A stretch of DNA of 64,000 nt from a virus. Taxonomy: Duplodnaviria > Caudoviricetes. This document shows positions 35,887-45,633 of the stretch, piece after piece (the stretch's first letter is position 1; every line of letters starts with the position of its first letter). Under the pieces are notes generated by a model. It saw nothing but the letters and a program-made list of their open reading frames with translations. It searched no databases and had not been told where the DNA came from. The stretch is from positions 16,139 through 80,138 of IMG/VR virus record IMGVR_UViG_3300037878_000134; one strand, 5' to 3'. The translations under genes and the position numbers were made by a program.

Positions 35887-37700
35887 AACGAAAAACTAGT
35901 CACCTACCGACCCGGATCTACAGCTACGGCTGCCGCCTCCCAACCGAGGGGGCGCAGATCATCGAAGAGCAGCTCAAGCTCGCCCGCGTCTATCACAACA
36001 AGCTCTTGGAAATTGAGCTTGCGCGACGGGCGGCCGTGAGGACGGCGATGGCGTCCTGCCCTGACGTGGCGACGGCCGCAGCGGAGGTTGCGGAGATCGA
36101 TCAAAAAATCGAGGCCGAACGCGTGGTGATCAAGGCAGCTCGGCAGGCGGCTCGATCCGGGGCGGTCGATGTGCGGGCGAACAAAGAGCGATTGAAAGAG
36201 CTCTTCGTGGAAGTCAAGGCCGCGCGGCAAGCCCTCAAAGCGGCAAAGACCGCCAGCCGTACCCCGCAGATGCTGGCGAAATTCAAGTCGGCCCAGGAGA
36301 CGGCAAACCAAGCCGTGCGCGACGCGCGCGCGATCTGCGGCGTGTACTGGGGTACATACTTGCTGGTCGAGCAGGAGATCGAGGCAGCCCGCAAGAGCAA
36401 GACGGATCCCCAATTCCGCCGGTGGACCGGCACAGGACGCATCGGCGTCGAGTTGATGCACGGCCTGTCAGTTGCCGATCTCATGGCCGGGAAAGACACT
36501 CGGCTGCAGATCCACATGACCCCGGGCGCAAGCAAGCGGAGCCAGAGCATGGCCGTGGTCCGGATCCGCGTGGGATCCGCCGGTCGCGATCCAATCTGGG
36601 CCGCGCTCCCGTTCCGCCTGCACCGCCCCTTGCCAGCCGACGGCCGGGTGAAGTGGGCTTGGATTCATCGCACGTTCAAGGGCCGGTGGGTCAACTGGGA
36701 TCTGCAGATCGTACTCGAGGCCGCCTCATTCGCGGTGCCTGAACGCCCAGCCCACGATGGCGGCGTGGTGGCGCTCGATCTGGGCTGGCGCGCGCGACAG
36801 TCTACTGCGGGCGATGGTTCGCAGACCATTCGGGTCGGCTACTGGTGCGACGACCGCGGCCAGCACGGCGAGCTTGTTATGCCGGCCGATCTCAAGGGCC
36901 GCCTGGAGCACGCCAACAGTCTGCGGGCAATCGAAGACCGCAACTTCGACGCCGCGAAAGCGCGATTGATAGAATGGCTCAAGGAGCACACAGCTCCGGA
37001 GGGCATAGATCTGGCGAATCTCGCGGCCTGGAAATCCGCGAAGCGGTTGGGTCGGACGGTGTCCGAATGGGAGAATCTGGGCGAGGTGCCCTGCGACTTG
37101 CTGGCCTGGTGGAAGCAGCATCGCCACCTCTACGATTGGGAAAGCTCGGAAAGGGCCCGCGCGCTGAACGCTCGGAAGAACCACTACCGGAACATCGCCG
37201 CGCAACTCACGACTACCTACGCCGTCTTGGTGCTCGAAGACTTCGACATGCGCGGCGTGGTCGAGCTGAACCAGCCCGAGCACAAGGAAGACGATGCGGT
37301 CAAGCCCGCCCGGCGCAACCGGGTGTTCGCGGCGCCGTCGGAGTTTCGCCTGGCGCTCAAGTCGGCCGCGCCGCTGCGCGGTTGTCGCATCGCCGAATTG
37401 GCCTGCGCGTTGACAACCCAGCCCTGCCACGTGTGCGGAGAGAGCGAGCGGTGGGACGCGGCGAAGTCTGTCTGGCACACGTGTCGCAACGGGCACCAGT
37501 GGGATCAGGATTACAACGCGGCTCGCAATCTACTCGGTGTCTACGCGAGCGGCGATGCGCTGAAGCGCGAACCCCCGTCGGACAGAGGGAAAAAGAGCGA
37601 CGAAAAACCGAGCCTCGCGCACACGGAGGTGCAAGATAGCGAAACCACGGGCGAATCTCTGGTGCCCGTTGCAATGCCTGCTCAGGGGGCTGTGCCTTGA
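35883..37700 (+). CDS. cas12m: Cas12m-like (type V-U1/V-M) CRISPR effector, 605 aa
   Basis: YSYG N-terminus, long helical REC insertion, YWGTY, RuvC-I VALDLGWR, RuvC-II VLEDF, CHVC/C..GH zinc finger, RuvC-III DQDYNAARNL; stop codon lies inside the first repeat of the adjacent array. Confidence 0.8.
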   Translation: MKRKTSHLPTRIYSYGCRLPTEGAQIIEEQLKLARVYHNKLLEIELARRAAVRTAMASCPDVATAAAEVAEIDQKIEAERVVIKAARQAARSGAVDVRANKERLKELFVEVKAARQALKAAKTASRTPQMLAKFKSAQETANQAVRDARAICGVYWGTYLLVEQEIEAARKSKTDPQFRRWTGTGRIGVELMHGLSVADLMAGKDTRLQIHMTPGASKRSQSMAVVRIRVGSAGRDPIWAALPFRLHRPLPADGRVKWAWIHRTFKGRWVNWDLQIVLEAASFAVPERPAHDGGVVALDLGWRARQSTAGDGSQTIRVGYWCDDRGQHGELVMPADLKGRLEHANSLRAIEDRNFDAAKARLIEWLKEHTAPEGIDLANLAAWKSAKRLGRTVSEWENLGEVPCDLLAWWKQHRHLYDWESSERARALNARKNHYRNIAAQLTTTYAVLVLEDFDMRGVVELNQPEHKEDDAVKPARRNRVFAAPSEFRLALKSAAPLRGCRIAELACALTTQPCHVCGESERWDAAKSVWHTCRNGHQWDQDYNAARNLLGVYASGDALKREPPSDRGKKSDEKPSLAHTEVQDSETTGESLVPVAMPAQGAVP

Positions 37701-38687
37701 GACCATCAACGACGGGACCGTCGAAAAGATCGGCGAACGTTGCAATGCCTGCTCAGGGGGCTGTGCCTTGAGACCATCGGCGTGGCCAGGTTCGTCCGAG
37801 TGAGTGACGGTTGCAATGCCTGCTCAGGGGGCTGTGCCTTGAGACACGGGCGGGCAGAACAGCCCACGGGCGCGAGGAGTTGCAATGCCTGCTCAGGGGG
37901 CTGTGCCTTGAGACTTCTTGGGGGTGCCGGGGGGAGCATTCCCCTTCCCGGTTGCAATGCCTGCTCAGGGGGCTGTGCCTTGAGACACAAAGAGGGCCTG
38001 CTGACTGTTGTGAGCCTCGATGTTGCAATGCCTGCTCAGGGGGCTGTGCCTTGAGACAGCCACCGTTGCCGCCGCTCCCACCGCCGCCCGGTTGCAATGC
38101 CTGCTCAGGGGGCTTTGCCTTGAGACCCCGAATTGCTGGAGGCCGGCCCGGATCGGATCGTCCACCTGGAAATGCCTGCTCAGGGGGCAATGCCTTGAGA
38201 CTGCCCGACCTTTGCCCGCCAGATCGCAAAGCCTGCGCAAGGGGCTGTGCCTTGAGACCAGAAGTCGAGTGCATCGAGGTGGGCAGTAGGTCGTTGCAAT
38301 GCCTGCTCAGGGGGCTGTGCCTTGAGACACCACCAACTATTTCGTGGGGCCGGATCCCGCAGGGTTGCAATGCCTGCTCAGGGGGCTGTGCCTTGAGACG
38401 TCCATGTCCGATTGGTACCAAGACCGACCGACACGTTGCAATGCCTGCTCAGGGGGCTGTGCCTTGAGACACCTCCCCGCTCAGCTTGCTCGCTGTTTCG
38501 TCCAGTCTCTCAACGCCTGCTCAGGGGGCCACGCCTTGAGACACGATGTAGTGGGAATCGCCCAGCCGCACGGCCTCCGACCCGCAACGCCCGCTCAGGG
38601 GGCTATGCCTTGAGACCAGCGTGCGACTGCTGCCAGTCGGGCAGCTTCCTGCTCAGAAAGCCTGCTCAAGGGGCTACGCCTTGAGAC
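37668..38687 (+). CRISPR. CRISPR array A: 15 repeats (consensus GTTGCAATGCCTGCTCAGGGGGCTGTGCCTTGAGAC), 14 spacers
   Basis: Repeats 1-6 and 10-12 are identical, repeat 7 has one change, and repeats 8, 9 and 13-15 are divergent. Spacers are mostly 33-39 nt, with one of 21 nt. Confidence 0.97.
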
Positions 38688-38721
38688 GTGTACTCCGCGT
38701 CGTAGCCAAAGGAGATTGATC

Positions 38722-40341
38722 ATGACCGACGACAAGCAACCCGAGTTGACTGAGGCCAAGCGCGAGCCGCGCAGCCACGATTTGAAGTGCTGGCCCCCTC
38801 AGTTCGACGCGCTCATGGATGGCACAAAGACACACGAGGTGCGCGTTGATGATCGCGGCTACCAAGTTGGGGATCTGTTGGTGCTTCACGAGTGGGATCC
38901 GAACGGAAAGGAGTATTCTGGCCGCGAGATTCGCCGGGTAGTTTCTCACGTCACATCGGGAGGATCCTTCGGATTGCCTCCGGGCTTGGTGGTTATGAGC
39001 GTGAAGCCCGACATCGAGCACGGCCCCCGCCTGTCTGATGCGGAGCTACTCGGAAGCGTCGATGCCGCCGTGTGGGCTCGTGAATTTTGCAAGACCTGGC
39101 GACAGGTCGTCCACCCCGATCAGCCCTGCCCGGACGAAGGCTGGATGATCGCCTGGTTTGCGAATGCGATGATGGCGATGCACGATCACGTCGAACCGAA
39201 GCACGAGCAGCAGGACTCTTCCGCGCCCACGTCAGGCGACGCGGAGATGGCGCGCAAGTGCCTTGATGCTGGCAGAGCAGCACGGCGTCTGACTCCAATC
39301 GAGGACAAGGTTTGGGATAGCCAAGTGAGCGGGTGGGCTACGGCCATGTTCATCGAGGCTCGCCGCCTCCTCGAGGTCGATGCGCTGCGGGCCGAGAACA
39401 CGCGAATCTCCGACCATCTGGCGCGCCTCCTCGCCCGTATCGACGACTTCGAGCGACTCCACCAGGCGGACCAGGAGCGCATCGCCTACCTGGAGCATGA
39501 GCTGGCGATACTGCCGGCACCACGTCCACGAATTGTCTGTCTCTGCGGGTCCACGCGCTTCTATCAGCAGTTCAAGGAGGCGAACTACCGCGAGACGATG
39601 GCCGGGAAGATCGTGCTGTCGGTGGGGTTCTACCCGCACGCCCAGGTACAAGAACACGGACAGCATCTCGGCGTAACCGCCGAGCAGAAGGTCGCCCTCG
39701 ACGAGCTCCACAAGCGCAAGATTGACTTGGCTGACGAAGTCTTGGTGCTCGACGTTGGTGGGTACATCGGGGAATCGACCAAGAGTGAGATTGAGCACGC
39801 CAAGAGAGCCGGGAAGCCAATTCGATACCTGAGCGCCCAAAGCGCGCCCTCGGGAGCGCTCCGGGCCGAACAAGCCATCGGCGTCGCGTTGTCGGTGGTC
39901 ATGTGCAAGACCGAAATGGGAGAATGCCAGGAACTGGCCCCCGGTTTCCTTCGGCACTTGGCAGCCATGGGATGGACACTGGCGCCAGTGCAAGAACAAA
40001 CCGCTGCTCAGGCGCTCGCGAAGGTGACGCTGGCAATCGGCTCTCAGCGGCTCGCCATCCAGGAAGACTTCATCAAGGCGTTTGTCGAAGAGACCGGGGC
40101 TAAGATTGCGGACTGCGTGCTGAAAGAGGAGATCAAGGACGGGAAAATCTCGTGGTGGCTGGAGCATCGGCCCACGCCGAAGGCCCAGCCTCCCGAGGTC
40201 TACGTCGGGTTGGATCTTGGCAACAAGGCCTTGGACAACGTCGCGATTGGCGTGTCCATCGGAGAGAGGCACCCATCTGCTCCCGCGGAACCGCTGACCG
40301 CGTCGGCGCCGAACGTTCGCCTACCCGGAGAAAAGGAATGA
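38722..40341 (+). CDS. Multidomain protein: ASCH/DUF3850 domain + unknown domains + nucleoside 2-deoxyribosyltransferase-like domain
   Basis: HDLKCWPPQF...GTKTHEVRVDDRGYQVGDLLVLHEW; IVCLCGSTRF...HKRKIDLADEVLVLDVGGYIGESTKSEIEHA. Confidence 0.8.
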   Translation: MTDDKQPELTEAKREPRSHDLKCWPPQFDALMDGTKTHEVRVDDRGYQVGDLLVLHEWDPNGKEYSGREIRRVVSHVTSGGSFGLPPGLVVMSVKPDIEHGPRLSDAELLGSVDAAVWAREFCKTWRQVVHPDQPCPDEGWMIAWFANAMMAMHDHVEPKHEQQDSSAPTSGDAEMARKCLDAGRAARRLTPIEDKVWDSQVSGWATAMFIEARRLLEVDALRAENTRISDHLARLLARIDDFERLHQADQERIAYLEHELAILPAPRPRIVCLCGSTRFYQQFKEANYRETMAGKIVLSVGFYPHAQVQEHGQHLGVTAEQKVALDELHKRKIDLADEVLVLDVGGYIGESTKSEIEHAKRAGKPIRYLSAQSAPSGALRAEQAIGVALSVVMCKTEMGECQELAPGFLRHLAAMGWTLAPVQEQTAAQALAKVTLAIGSQRLAIQEDFIKAFVEETGAKIADCVLKEEIKDGKISWWLEHRPTPKAQPPEVYVGLDLGNKALDNVAIGVSIGERHPSAPAEPLTASAPNVRLPGEKE

Positions 40342-40345
40342 GCTA

Positions 40346-40723
40346 ATGGGTTGGTCAGTCGGGTACGATGAGAACTGGAAGCGCGACATCGGGTATGGAG
40401 TCCCGGCCACCTGCGATTACCCGGAGTGCGGTGCAGAGATTGATCGCGGTCTCAGCTTCGTGTGCGGGAGCGAACCATACGGCGGGGAGCACGGCTGCGG
40501 TCTCTATTTCTGTGAAAAGCATCTCTCATATGGGAGCGACAGGAAGCCCGTCCAACTGTGCTGCCGTTGTGCCCAGGGCAGAGAACCATTCGTCCCTACG
40601 CCGGACACAGAGGAATGGAATCAGCACAAGGCAACGCATCCAAGCTGGGCCGCATGGCGAGCGGAACATCCAGAGTTTGCTGCCTCCCATTCTTCCGGGA
40701 CGGTGGAGAAGCTGCGACCATGA
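40346..40723 (+). CDS. Cys-rich phage hypothetical protein
   Basis: RDIGYGVPATCDYPEC..EIDRGLSFVCG pattern. Confidence 0.65.
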   Translation: MGWSVGYDENWKRDIGYGVPATCDYPECGAEIDRGLSFVCGSEPYGGEHGCGLYFCEKHLSYGSDRKPVQLCCRCAQGREPFVPTPDTEEWNQHKATHPSWAAWRAEHPEFAASHSSGTVEKLRP

Positions 40724-41097
40724 AAGACCTGGAGATCCAGATCGCCAGGCTCATCCGCAGCGCCGTCAGGGGACAATGCCTGATGGCAATCAGCCGATTC
40801 CGCGCTGGAATTCTGAACGCGATACCTGGGCACGCGAGATCAACATCGCCGCCACGCGAGAGGCGCCTTGCTCCCGGACAGCCGGGCAAGCGAGGCCGAA
40901 AGGCTGAGCTCGTCGAATTTCGTGGCAAGACACAGACGCTGGACAAGTGGGCTGCGGACACCGGGATCGCAGTTGACACCATCCGCTGTCGTCTCAAGCG
41001 TGGGTGGACGATGGAACAGGCGCTGACGCGTCCTAGTCGCACCAAGCGGGCCGCTCGCGAATTGTCTGGCCCGGAAAATACACGCGTGCTAAAGTGA
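40720..41097 (+). CDS. Protein with HNH-associated DNA-binding-like C-terminus
   Basis: VEFRGKTQTLDKWA..TGI...TIRCRLKRGWTMEQAL. Confidence 0.6.
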   Translation: MKDLEIQIARLIRSAVRGQCLMAISRFRAGILNAIPGHARSTSPPRERRLAPGQPGKRGRKAELVEFRGKTQTLDKWAADTGIAVDTIRCRLKRGWTMEQALTRPSRTKRAARELSGPENTRVLK

Positions 41098-41102
41098 GGA
41101 CT

Positions 41103-41300
41103 ATGAACACGCAGAAAAGGTCGCCTGGTCGTGGCCGCCCTCGGGTCGCTGACCCGAAAGTCTCCTCGCATGTTCGCCTGTCGTCGTCGGAGCGTGAGCT
41201 GTGCAATGCCGCCGCTAATCTGCGGGGGATGCCGTTTTCCACCTGGTCCCGCGTGCGGCTCGTGGACGCCGCACGGGCGGAACTAGCGTCAACGCACTGA
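41103..41300 (+). CDS. Small RHH-like DNA-binding protein
   Basis: GRGRP...HVRLSSSERELCNAAANLRGMPFSTWSR. Confidence 0.6.
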   Translation: MNTQKRSPGRGRPRVADPKVSSHVRLSSSERELCNAAANLRGMPFSTWSRVRLVDAARAELASTH

Positions 41301-41345
41301 GATAATGCCACACATCATAATCATACGGGGCGGTGTTGATTTCTC

Positions 41346-41373
41346 TTGCCCCGTAAATCCCACATGCTAGAAT
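41346..41373 (+). promoter_or_regulatory. Sigma-70 promoter TTGCCC-16-(TGC)TAGAAT heading a small-gene cluster
   Basis: -35 at 41346-41351, -10 at 41368-41373; AT-rich intergenic region. Confidence 0.6.
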
Positions 41374-41379
41374 GTATGT

Positions 41380-44246
41380 GTGATGATGACAACAGCGACA
41401 AAAGCCAAGCTCAGTAGGACCCAGGAAATGCAGGCCGCGGACGAGGCCACCGGGCTCTCCGAATCTGCCAGCCCGATGCTGGTCACCGCGGCCGAGGCCG
41501 CCTACCACGCTCGTCCGATCACGATTCCAGGCACTGAGCGCGCCACGCTGGCGGAGCGCCGCCGCGGACTGCGCCGCACCGTAACCCTCCCCGCGTTTGC
41601 CGCCTGAAAGGAGACGATCATGGCAACCAGGGTTTTCCCAATCGTCCACCTGAATGGGACATCCAAGCGGGAATTGATTGATCAGGCATGCGAGGCCGGC
41701 AGGGCCCTGCGGGCGGCTTACGATGCGTGCAGCAACGCCGCTCCGAACGCTCGGGACTACTACTTGCGGGAAGGAAGTTTCGGCCTGGCCCAGGCTGCGC
41801 ACGTGGCGCGAATGAACGCACTGTCAGAGCAGATCGCTTTTTTCCAGGCACTGGCCATCCACTGTGACGGCGAGGAAGAGTGACCACCATGATGAGCGTA
41901 CGCAACACAAATGAGGCCTTTGGGGAATCAGGGCCGTTCGAGACCGAGAGCATCAATGCGCTGGTCGAGGAATACCGGCGCGAGACGCTGCCCAGCTGGG
42001 CCGCCGATGCATGGATGACCGCAGACGACGACGACAGTAAACGACCTGCGCTGGCCGGCGAATCTCGTGAGCAGTACATCGAGCGCGTAGTGGATGAGCT
42101 GGCGGGGGAATTTGAGGACGGCTTGGAAATCGTCGAGTAGCTCCCGCGTCGCTGTCCGCACGCTGTGGTCAGTGTGCGGACACTGGCGAGGAGCCAGACC
42201 CCGACGAGATGTCTCGACGGGAACCGCGGGCCGGGCGGCCCGCAGAAAGAAGAGAGACCATGGCAACCGTGACGATCAAGTACAAGCTCTCCGAGACTGG
42301 GCGCAAGGCGCACTTGTTGGCCGGCGGCAACGGCAAGCAAGCGCAATCCGTCGAGGTCACGCTGACCCCGGAGCTACTCGCAATCGCAGACGTCGATACC
42401 GAGGGCCGGGCGAGCATCACAGTCGGCCAGTTCGCGGGAAGCTACACCGCGTCGAATGATCATGTCTATCGCGAGCCGATCCTGGAGTTTGATGCCATCG
42501 CCCCGAGCGACGCGGGACAATGGGTCCTCGACGTACACCGGGCGGCCGAGGAGTCCCGCCAGCAGGCGGTTCAGGCGGCGCGTGAATGGACCGAGGCGCA
42601 GAAGGCCGAGCGCGCCGCGAAGACGGCGGAATGGCGCGCCCTGGCCGCGCGATACATCGCGGGAGATCCGGAGGTGAGCTGCACGAACAGTTACTACGGA
42701 ACTCTGTGCGGCATTGGACCTGCCCTCAGTGCCACCGACACGGACGCCACGGAGAGCGAGCGCCGGCCGGTAGACGTGGAATGCGAGCGACGCGAGGCCG
42801 CAGCCAAAGCTGCGAAAAACGCGGAATTCGCCCGAGGCCAGGCCGAAACCGCCGCGAAAGCGGCGAGCGTCTTGGCGGCGCGGAGAGCGCTCCTCGTCAC
42901 AGTCGGCGCACCCGCGCATGCGCTGGAGCGTCTCGATGCTGGCGTGTTGCCGGAGGCCGAGCTGCTCTCGACGGTCCGCGATTACGTCCTGCCGGAGACC
43001 CTCACTGGCGTCCAGGTCTATCAGCCGCACGACCGCGATGACATCGACCACGCCTCGGGCTGCAATTACGGGGGGGACTGTAACATCATGTGGTCCGTGC
43101 ATCCCGGGGACGGCGATCCGCTCACGGCCGAGGAGTGGGGGAATCTCAAGGCGGTGCGCGCGGCGGCCGAACTAATTCCCGGCGCCAAAGTCGACGTACG
43201 CGAGCACCGCGCCACGCTCGCCTGCGATTGCCCGAACCAGAACTGGTACACGGCGCGAGTCCAGGTCACCTACCCAGACGCCGACCTGACCGTGCAGCGG
43301 CAATACGCGCTGTAGTCCGCAGCGGTCCGCCTGTCTCGGCGGAGGCGGGTGGGACGAAGCGAACTACCGAGCCGGCCGGACGCCGGCAGCCCCAAAGAAG
43401 GAGCAAGGTCATGAAGATGAGCAGCGGATTTAAGACGATCGCGGAAGCATGCAAGGGTCACGAGTACGGCCACGTGCCGGGTCACCACTACCATGACGTC
43501 GAGGTCGGCGTGGGCCACAAGGGTGCACAGTACCGCGCGGTCGTGCTGGAGACCTGGGGAAGCGCGCAGGGATACGACGAGGAGCACGGCAGGCGCAAGG
43601 TCGTGGCTCGTGGGACCGACCCGCGCGATGTATTGCGAGAGTGCGCCACACGCGCACGCGCAGCGGGCATCGGAGGCGACGACCCGAAGCACGCCAGCTA
43701 TCTGGTGCAAGCGCTGAGCGAGTGTGAGGACGCGTTGGAGGATGCGCTCGAAACTCAGCAGGCCACGTCCGCGTAGCACACCCCATCCCGGCGGCGCTGA
43801 TTGACTCGGCCACCGGGAACCACGAGGAGACGAGGATGCGAGACACCGACCACGAGACAGTGAGGCGCGAGACCGCGCATCTGCGCCGCGTCCTGGACCA
43901 GCTCCAGGAGCAGCTCGAGGAGGCGCAGGAGGCCCTGAGCAAAATCGAGCAAGCAGCCGGGCTCGTGGACATGAACACCGGCGCGCGTTTCGACGGAGAG
44001 GAGTAGGACGTGGGCGAAGCCGCAGGGCTCTACGCGCTGGTGGCGCCCGATGGGGTAATGGTCAAGGTCACCAGAGATCCGAACGAGTTTCGCGGCGCGG
44101 TCACCGAAGACATCTTGTTCCGGATGCTCTTCGCCAAGCTCAACGAGATGTACCAGTCCGGGAAAGAGCCCCACGAAGCATTCCTGGCCATCGAGAAGGA
44201 AGCGGCCGAGCTGCGGAGCAAGTACCAGCTGCAGAAACTCCGGTGA
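41380..44246 (+). CDS. Cluster of early/host-takeover-type hypothetical genes (41380..41607, 41620..41883, 41880..42140, 42260..43315, 43411..43776, 44010..44246)
   Basis: Strong RBSs (GGAG/AGGAG) and co-orientation; no family recognised. Confidence 0.6.
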
Positions 44247-44285
44247 TAGTCAAGCGGCAGCGAACAAGTGGCCATCTGTTCGCTG

Positions 44286-44393
44286 CTCGAAATGCCTGCT
44301 CAGGGGGCTATGCCTTGAGATTGGCTATCTGGACGCTGCCAAAGACGGGGGCATGCTCTCGCAAAGCCCGCTCAGAGGGCCATGTCCTGAGAC
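44286..44393 (+). CRISPR. Mini-array C: repeat-spacer-repeat
   Basis: CTCGAAATGCCTGCTCAGGGGGCTATGCCTTGAGAT, a 36-nt spacer, then CTCGCAAAGCCCGCTCAGAGGGCCATGTCCTGAGAC. Confidence 0.85.
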
Positions 44394-44445
44394 ATTACTT
44401 CGGTGGTCTTGTCGAGGGGGCGTAGCTCATCGCTTGCCTCGCGAC

Positions 44446-44540
44446 CAATTAGAGCACTTTTCGCGCAAGTGCCTGAAAACACTTAGATGTGCTTGGGTTG
44501 ACCGCGATCGCGGCGCCTGGGTACAATTAGAGCAGTTTTC
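44446..44540 (+). promoter_or_regulatory. Promoter TTGACC-18-TACAAT with two 17-bp direct repeats CAATTAGAGCA(C/G)TTTTC
   Basis: Repeats at 44446-44462 and 44524-44540; -35 at 44498-44503; -10 at 44522-44527. Confidence 0.7.
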
Positions 44541-44807
44541 ATGTTGCAAACGCGCATTCTGCGGGGGCTCGTCGGCATCACCCAGAGAGAGCTGGAGGAA
44601 GAATCCGGGATCCGGCACGCCTCGATGGTTCTGTACGAGCGGGGCCACGCATTCCCCTCGCGGCGTCAGTGCAAGCGCATCGACGACGCCATGATCCGGA
44701 TTCTCGAGCGGCGCTATCTGACCGCCGTGGCGGAGCAGCACAAGGAGCGTGCTGACCCCGGGCCGGAGCTGCCGGAAGGCGACGCGGACGAGCTGGCGGC
44801 GGACTAG
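44541..44807 (+). CDS. XRE-family HTH regulator
   Basis: ITQRELEEESGIRHASMVLYERG. Confidence 0.8.
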   Translation: MLQTRILRGLVGITQRELEEESGIRHASMVLYERGHAFPSRRQCKRIDDAMIRILERRYLTAVAEQHKERADPGPELPEGDADELAAD

Positions 44808-44810
44808 TCC

Positions 44811-45587
44811 ATGGCCGCGAAGGTGATCACGCCCGTGCAGCGGCGGAAGCGGCGCCCGCCGGATCCGCCTGGGCCCTCCGCGCAGAACACCAGGAAGGAC
44901 GCGCAGGTGGAAGAGAATCTGCGCGCCATGGGCGGCGATCCGACACTGAGCCCGCCCGGGAGCATGAAGCCGGAGCAGCGCGAGCTGGAGGAGATCGAGC
45001 AGTACATCGCGGGCGACGGGACGCTCTCGCGCCAGCCGCAGGTCCGCCGCCTGCTGCGCGAGGTTTCCATGGAGCAGGCGTGCAACCTGGACGGTACGCC
45101 GCTCATGATCGGGCCGGAGGGAAAGCAGCGTCAGATCCCGGGAACCTGGTGGAAGGTCTTGTGGCGGGCGGGCTTCCTGAAGGCCATCCAGGGAGACCAA
45201 GAGTGGGCCGAGCGCATCTGGCTGACGCTGTTCGGCAAGCCTCGCGAAGCGATGGAGTTGAGCGGGGCGGGCGGCGGCCCTATTCAGATTTCCGAAGCAC
45301 CGACGGACCCCGCCGAACTGACCAAGATGATCACGGGCAGCCTGCGCGTGCTGTCGGAATACGCGGTAGGGGATAAGCAGGACCTGCCTGAGCCCTTGGA
45401 GGTACGGTCCATTCGCGCGCCCGAGGCACCGCCGGTCCTGGAGGCCCAGATAGTGCCGGTAGGCGCGCCGGGCGGCGTCCCGGGCGGGATACCGGGGGGA
45501 ATCCCCCCCAGCATGCCGGGCGGCGTACCGGGCGGCCGCTCGCAGATTCCGGTGCCGCCCTTCGTGGGGAGCGTGAAAATTCGTTGA
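44811..45587 (+). CDS. Putative terminase small subunit
   Basis: LFGKPREAMELSGAGGGPIQI motif typical of TerS C-termini; upstream of TerL; GGIP/GGVP low-complexity tail. Confidence 0.6.
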   Translation: MAAKVITPVQRRKRRPPDPPGPSAQNTRKDAQVEENLRAMGGDPTLSPPGSMKPEQRELEEIEQYIAGDGTLSRQPQVRRLLREVSMEQACNLDGTPLMIGPEGKQRQIPGTWWKVLWRAGFLKAIQGDQEWAERIWLTLFGKPREAMELSGAGGGPIQISEAPTDPAELTKMITGSLRVLSEYAVGDKQDLPEPLEVRSIRAPEAPPVLEAQIVPVGAPGGVPGGIPGGIPPSMPGGVPGGRSQIPVPPFVGSVKIR

Positions 45588-45633
45588 TGGACTGGCAGCC
45601 GAAGGAGGCAGTATCCACGTCGATGAGTAGCCG

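Noticed and set aside
35883-37700. Plain IS200/IS605 TnpB
   Set aside because: About 600 aa with a long helical insertion, adjacent to a true repeat-spacer array, with no TnpA or IS ends recognised. This fits a Cas12m-like effector better, though phylogeny is needed.
37706-38684. ORFs in arrays A, B and D (e.g. 37811..38467, 55363..56223, 25409..26590)
   Set aside because: They are translations of the CRISPR repeats (CNACSGGCALR / MQCLLRGLCLET units), and the frame shifts with spacer length.
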